From the NCBI GenBank assembly GCA_963828725.1, contig CAWHFV010000010.1:2142-66141 (forward strand): DNA of 64,000 nt. The letters are read 5' to 3'. The position numbers were made by a program, and so were the translations under genes. Positions within the stretch are counted from its first letter, which is position 1, and the number at the start of each line of letters is the position of its first letter. The stretch comes from an uncultured Actinomycetota bacterium. GTDB taxonomy: Bacteria > Actinomycetota > Actinomycetes > Actinomycetales > Dermatophilaceae. This document shows positions 61,834-64,000 of this stretch, piece by piece. The notes beneath the pieces are model-generated. The model was given only the letters and a program-made list of their open reading frames with translations. It ran no database searches and was not told the origin of the DNA.

Positions 61834-62652
61834 ATGCGGCTGCGCTATCCCGGCACGTGCCGAGTGTGTGGTGTTGAACTCGCGGCTGGTGCCGAGGCGA
61901 TCTACGAGCGCACGAGCAAGACCGTCCGCTGTGTCAGTCATGACGCGGTCGCCCCAGTTGCGACTCCTCCCCTGAAGGTCGTTGACGAGGCCGCCCTTGA
62001 CGTCGTCGAGTCCGGAACCGCAGGCGCATCGGCGCGCCGTGAGTTCGAGCGTCGCAAGGCGGCGCGTGATCAACGGATCCGGGCCAAGCATCCGAAACTG
62101 GGTGGCTTGATCCTCGGGGTCACCGACCAGCCCCGGTCCACCACCGCGTGGGACGTCGGTGCCATCGGTGAGGAGCGGCTGGGCCAAGGGCTGGACCGCA
62201 TGGCCTCTGACAGGGTCCGGGTGCTGCATGACCGGCGCATCCCGCGAAGCACAGCAAACATCGACCACCTCGTCGTGACCGCCAGCGGCGTGTACGTCAT
62301 CGACGCCAAGAAGTACCGCGGTCGTCCCCACCTCAAGATCGACGGCGGCCTCTTCCGACCGCGCGTCGAACGACTGCTCGTCGGTTCTCGCGACTGCACC
62401 AAACTCGTCGACGGAGTGCTCAAGCAGATCGCCGTGGTGCGACAACATCTCAACGGCGACGTCCCGATCCACGGTGTGCTCTGCTTTGTCGAAGCCGACT
62501 GGCCCTTGCTCGGAGGAACGTTCACCACTCGCGGCGTTCAGGCCCTCTGGCCCAAGAAGCTGTACCTCAAGCTCCAGGCAGAAGGCCCGCTTACCGAGCC
62601 ACTGATCGGCGAGGTTCACCGGCAGCTCGCACAGGCGCTGCCTGTGGCTTAA
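61834..62652 (+). CDS. NERD nuclease-domain protein with N-terminal Zn-ribbon-like segment
   Basis: CRVC...C..H; GAIGE, LHDRRIP, NIDHLVV..SGVYVIDAK; start could be GTG 61807. Confidence 0.85.
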   Translation: MRLRYPGTCRVCGVELAAGAEAIYERTSKTVRCVSHDAVAPVATPPLKVVDEAALDVVESGTAGASARREFERRKAARDQRIRAKHPKLGGLILGVTDQPRSTTAWDVGAIGEERLGQGLDRMASDRVRVLHDRRIPRSTANIDHLVVTASGVYVIDAKKYRGRPHLKIDGGLFRPRVERLLVGSRDCTKLVDGVLKQIAVVRQHLNGDVPIHGVLCFVEADWPLLGGTFTTRGVQALWPKKLYLKLQAEGPLTEPLIGEVHRQLAQALPVA

Positions 62653-63062
62653 GGCAACGGGTTGCTCAGGCGGATGGAAGCGACACCTGGGGGGGCTCAT
62701 CAGGGGACCTAGGTCCATAGGAGACACACTGAAACGTGGGACAGGATCAGTGTGGTGGCACCACAGCGATCCGGGCTGCCCCTTCGCGTCGCGACGGGTC
62801 GGCACCAGGTGTGGCGCCGAACAAACCAGAGGATGTCGTCCAGGCCATAGCCGGCTCCTCTTAGTGGAGCTGCCCAGAGTCCCTCGGACTCAGCCGGGGC
62901 CAACCATCCTCATCCCGCTCGAGGCGCCTCCATCGGGCCTCGCCGGGTACTTCTAGGTCTCGGCTGTACCTGGTCGAGGACGAGGGCCGCCCGGCTCACC
63001 GCAGCGGCCGCCGTCATGACGACGGCGGCCGCGGAGATGGCCGAGCTGGCTCGGCCGAGCCG

Positions 63063-63398
63063 TCAGACCGTGTCGCAGGCGGGAGGGTTGACCAGCACGT
63101 CGATGGCGGCGCGGGGGACGAAGCCGAGCTTGTCGTCCTTGCCGATGCGGAACCAGACGTCGCTGCCGCCGAGGGGCTGGCCCTTGGTGTAGCAGCGCAC
63201 CACGACCTGCTCCCCGGACGTGAGGTCGTGCACCTTGATCGACTGATTGGTGGCATCCGAGAACGACGAGGTATTCGTCGTCATGGTGCCGAACAGCTCG
63301 GTGCTCGCAGCGGTGGAGCTGCTGGCAGTGGACAGGGAGACAGCTGCGACCGTGCCGGTCGCGACGGCCAGTGCGGTGAGAACCGCGGTCTTACGCAT
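63063..63398 (-). CDS. Small secreted protein with SH3-like domain
   Basis: Signal peptide MRKTAVLTALAVA; V.VRCY..GQ..GGSDVWFRI....GFVP; RBS GAAAGGA. Confidence 0.75.
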   Translation of the reverse strand: MRKTAVLTALAVATGTVAAVSLSTASSSTAASTELFGTMTTNTSSFSDATNQSIKVHDLTSGEQVVVRCYTKGQPLGGSDVWFRIGKDDKLGFVPRAAIDVLVNPPACDTV

Positions 63399-63420
63399 GG
63401 AGATGAGTTCCTTTCGTTGC

Positions 63421-63525
63421 TCCGGAAAAGCGTCCGGATCGTCGCCGAGCCTTTCCCGGCGGCGGACCCAAGGCTTCCGGACCGGACGCGGGACACGGGT
63501 CCACCGACCGGCTGACCTCTTGCAG
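63421..63525 (-). ncRNA. Candidate structured 5' leader (multi-stem cis-regulatory RNA)
   Basis: Minus-strand stems CCGGUCG/CGAUCCGG, GUGGACCC/GGGUCCGC, GCCGGG/CUCGGC. Confidence 0.4.
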
Positions 63526-63685
63526 TAGCCCCACATCCGCCGATGGGAGGACCGGAGCCTTCAATTGGTCAGGTAGCCGGCCCACTTCACGACGGAGTGA
63601 TGCAGGGAGATCGCACCCCTGGCAGGTGGATCGGCCTTCGTCGGATCGAGGTCTTCAAAACTGCGGTTAGGAGCATCCTGAGGAC

Positions 63686-64000
63686 ATGTCCGATGACAGC
63701 GAATTCCTCGCATGGGTCACGTCGGCGCTGTACGACGCGGAGCTCGCCCTGCACAACGGCGATCCAGGCCCGAGGCGGGCAATCTGGTCTCGCAGCGAGC
63801 CGGTCAGCGTCTTGGGTGCGTGGCGCAACGCCCATGGCCAGCGGGAGGTCGATGACCTGTTCGCCAAACTGGGGCAGAGTTTCTCCGACTGCACGTCCTA
63901 CACGTTTGAGTTGCTGGCGTACGACGTGGTCGGCGACATGGCCTACACGGCCGGGTTAGAGCACACCTCCGCCTCGGTTGACGGGCAGCCACGCACCTAC
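63686..64000 (+). CDS. SnoaL/NTF2-like protein, runs off the window end
   Basis: MSDDSEFLAWV...LHNGDPGPRRAIWSRSEPVSVLGAW...GDMAYTAGLEH. Confidence 0.8.
   Translation, partial: MSDDSEFLAWVTSALYDAELALHNGDPGPRRAIWSRSEPVSVLGAWRNAHGQREVDDLFAKLGQSFSDCTSYTFELLAYDVVGDMAYTAGLEHTSASVDGQPRTY

Noticed and set aside
63400-63560. c-di-AMP (ydaO) riboswitch
   Set aside because: The characteristic GCCGAAUCC, GGGGAACC and AGCUAAC segments are not present; kept only as an orphan structured leader.
44800-64000. Prophage, ICE or IS element
   Set aside because: No integrase, transposase, phage structural gene, terminal inverted repeat or tRNA anchor was seen; it looks like a patchwork accessory region.

Overview
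High-GC (about 70%) actinobacterial chromosome segment, probably Micrococcales/Intrasporangiaceae-like (inferred from gene content and order). About 1-44 kb is mostly core and metabolic genes: ychF, rmuC, corA-like, ispH, xseAB, glpX, glmM, rpsI-rplM, pxpABC, two sugar ABC transporters, GH4/GH66 and MFS pumps. About 44.8-64 kb is an accessory patchwork containing several gene fragments. Single-base frameshifts are frequent, especially at 14.7-26 kb, and look like long-read consensus errors. The most notable items are: (1) a PAS/GAF-histidine kinase-receiver-ANTAR protein plus a stand-alone ANTAR gene whose upstream region carries ANTAR-target-like hexaloop hairpins; (2) an orphan type VII secretion-like cassette (tandem YbaB/EbfC, a YxxxE substrate, a WXG100-like hydrophobic effector and a 4-TM putative immunity protein); (3) window-wide over-representation of the hexamer GCATAC/GTATGC; (4) a 46-bp palindromic element found both intergenically and translated inside a GH4 gene, with a compensatory base change; (5) a composite repeat locus after xseB; (6) a structured leader upstream of a secreted SH3-like protein; (7) a YrdC-like gene coupled to a maleate isomerase gene. 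No rRNA, tRNA, CRISPR array, integrase or transposase was seen. All family calls come from recognising motifs by eye, with no database search.
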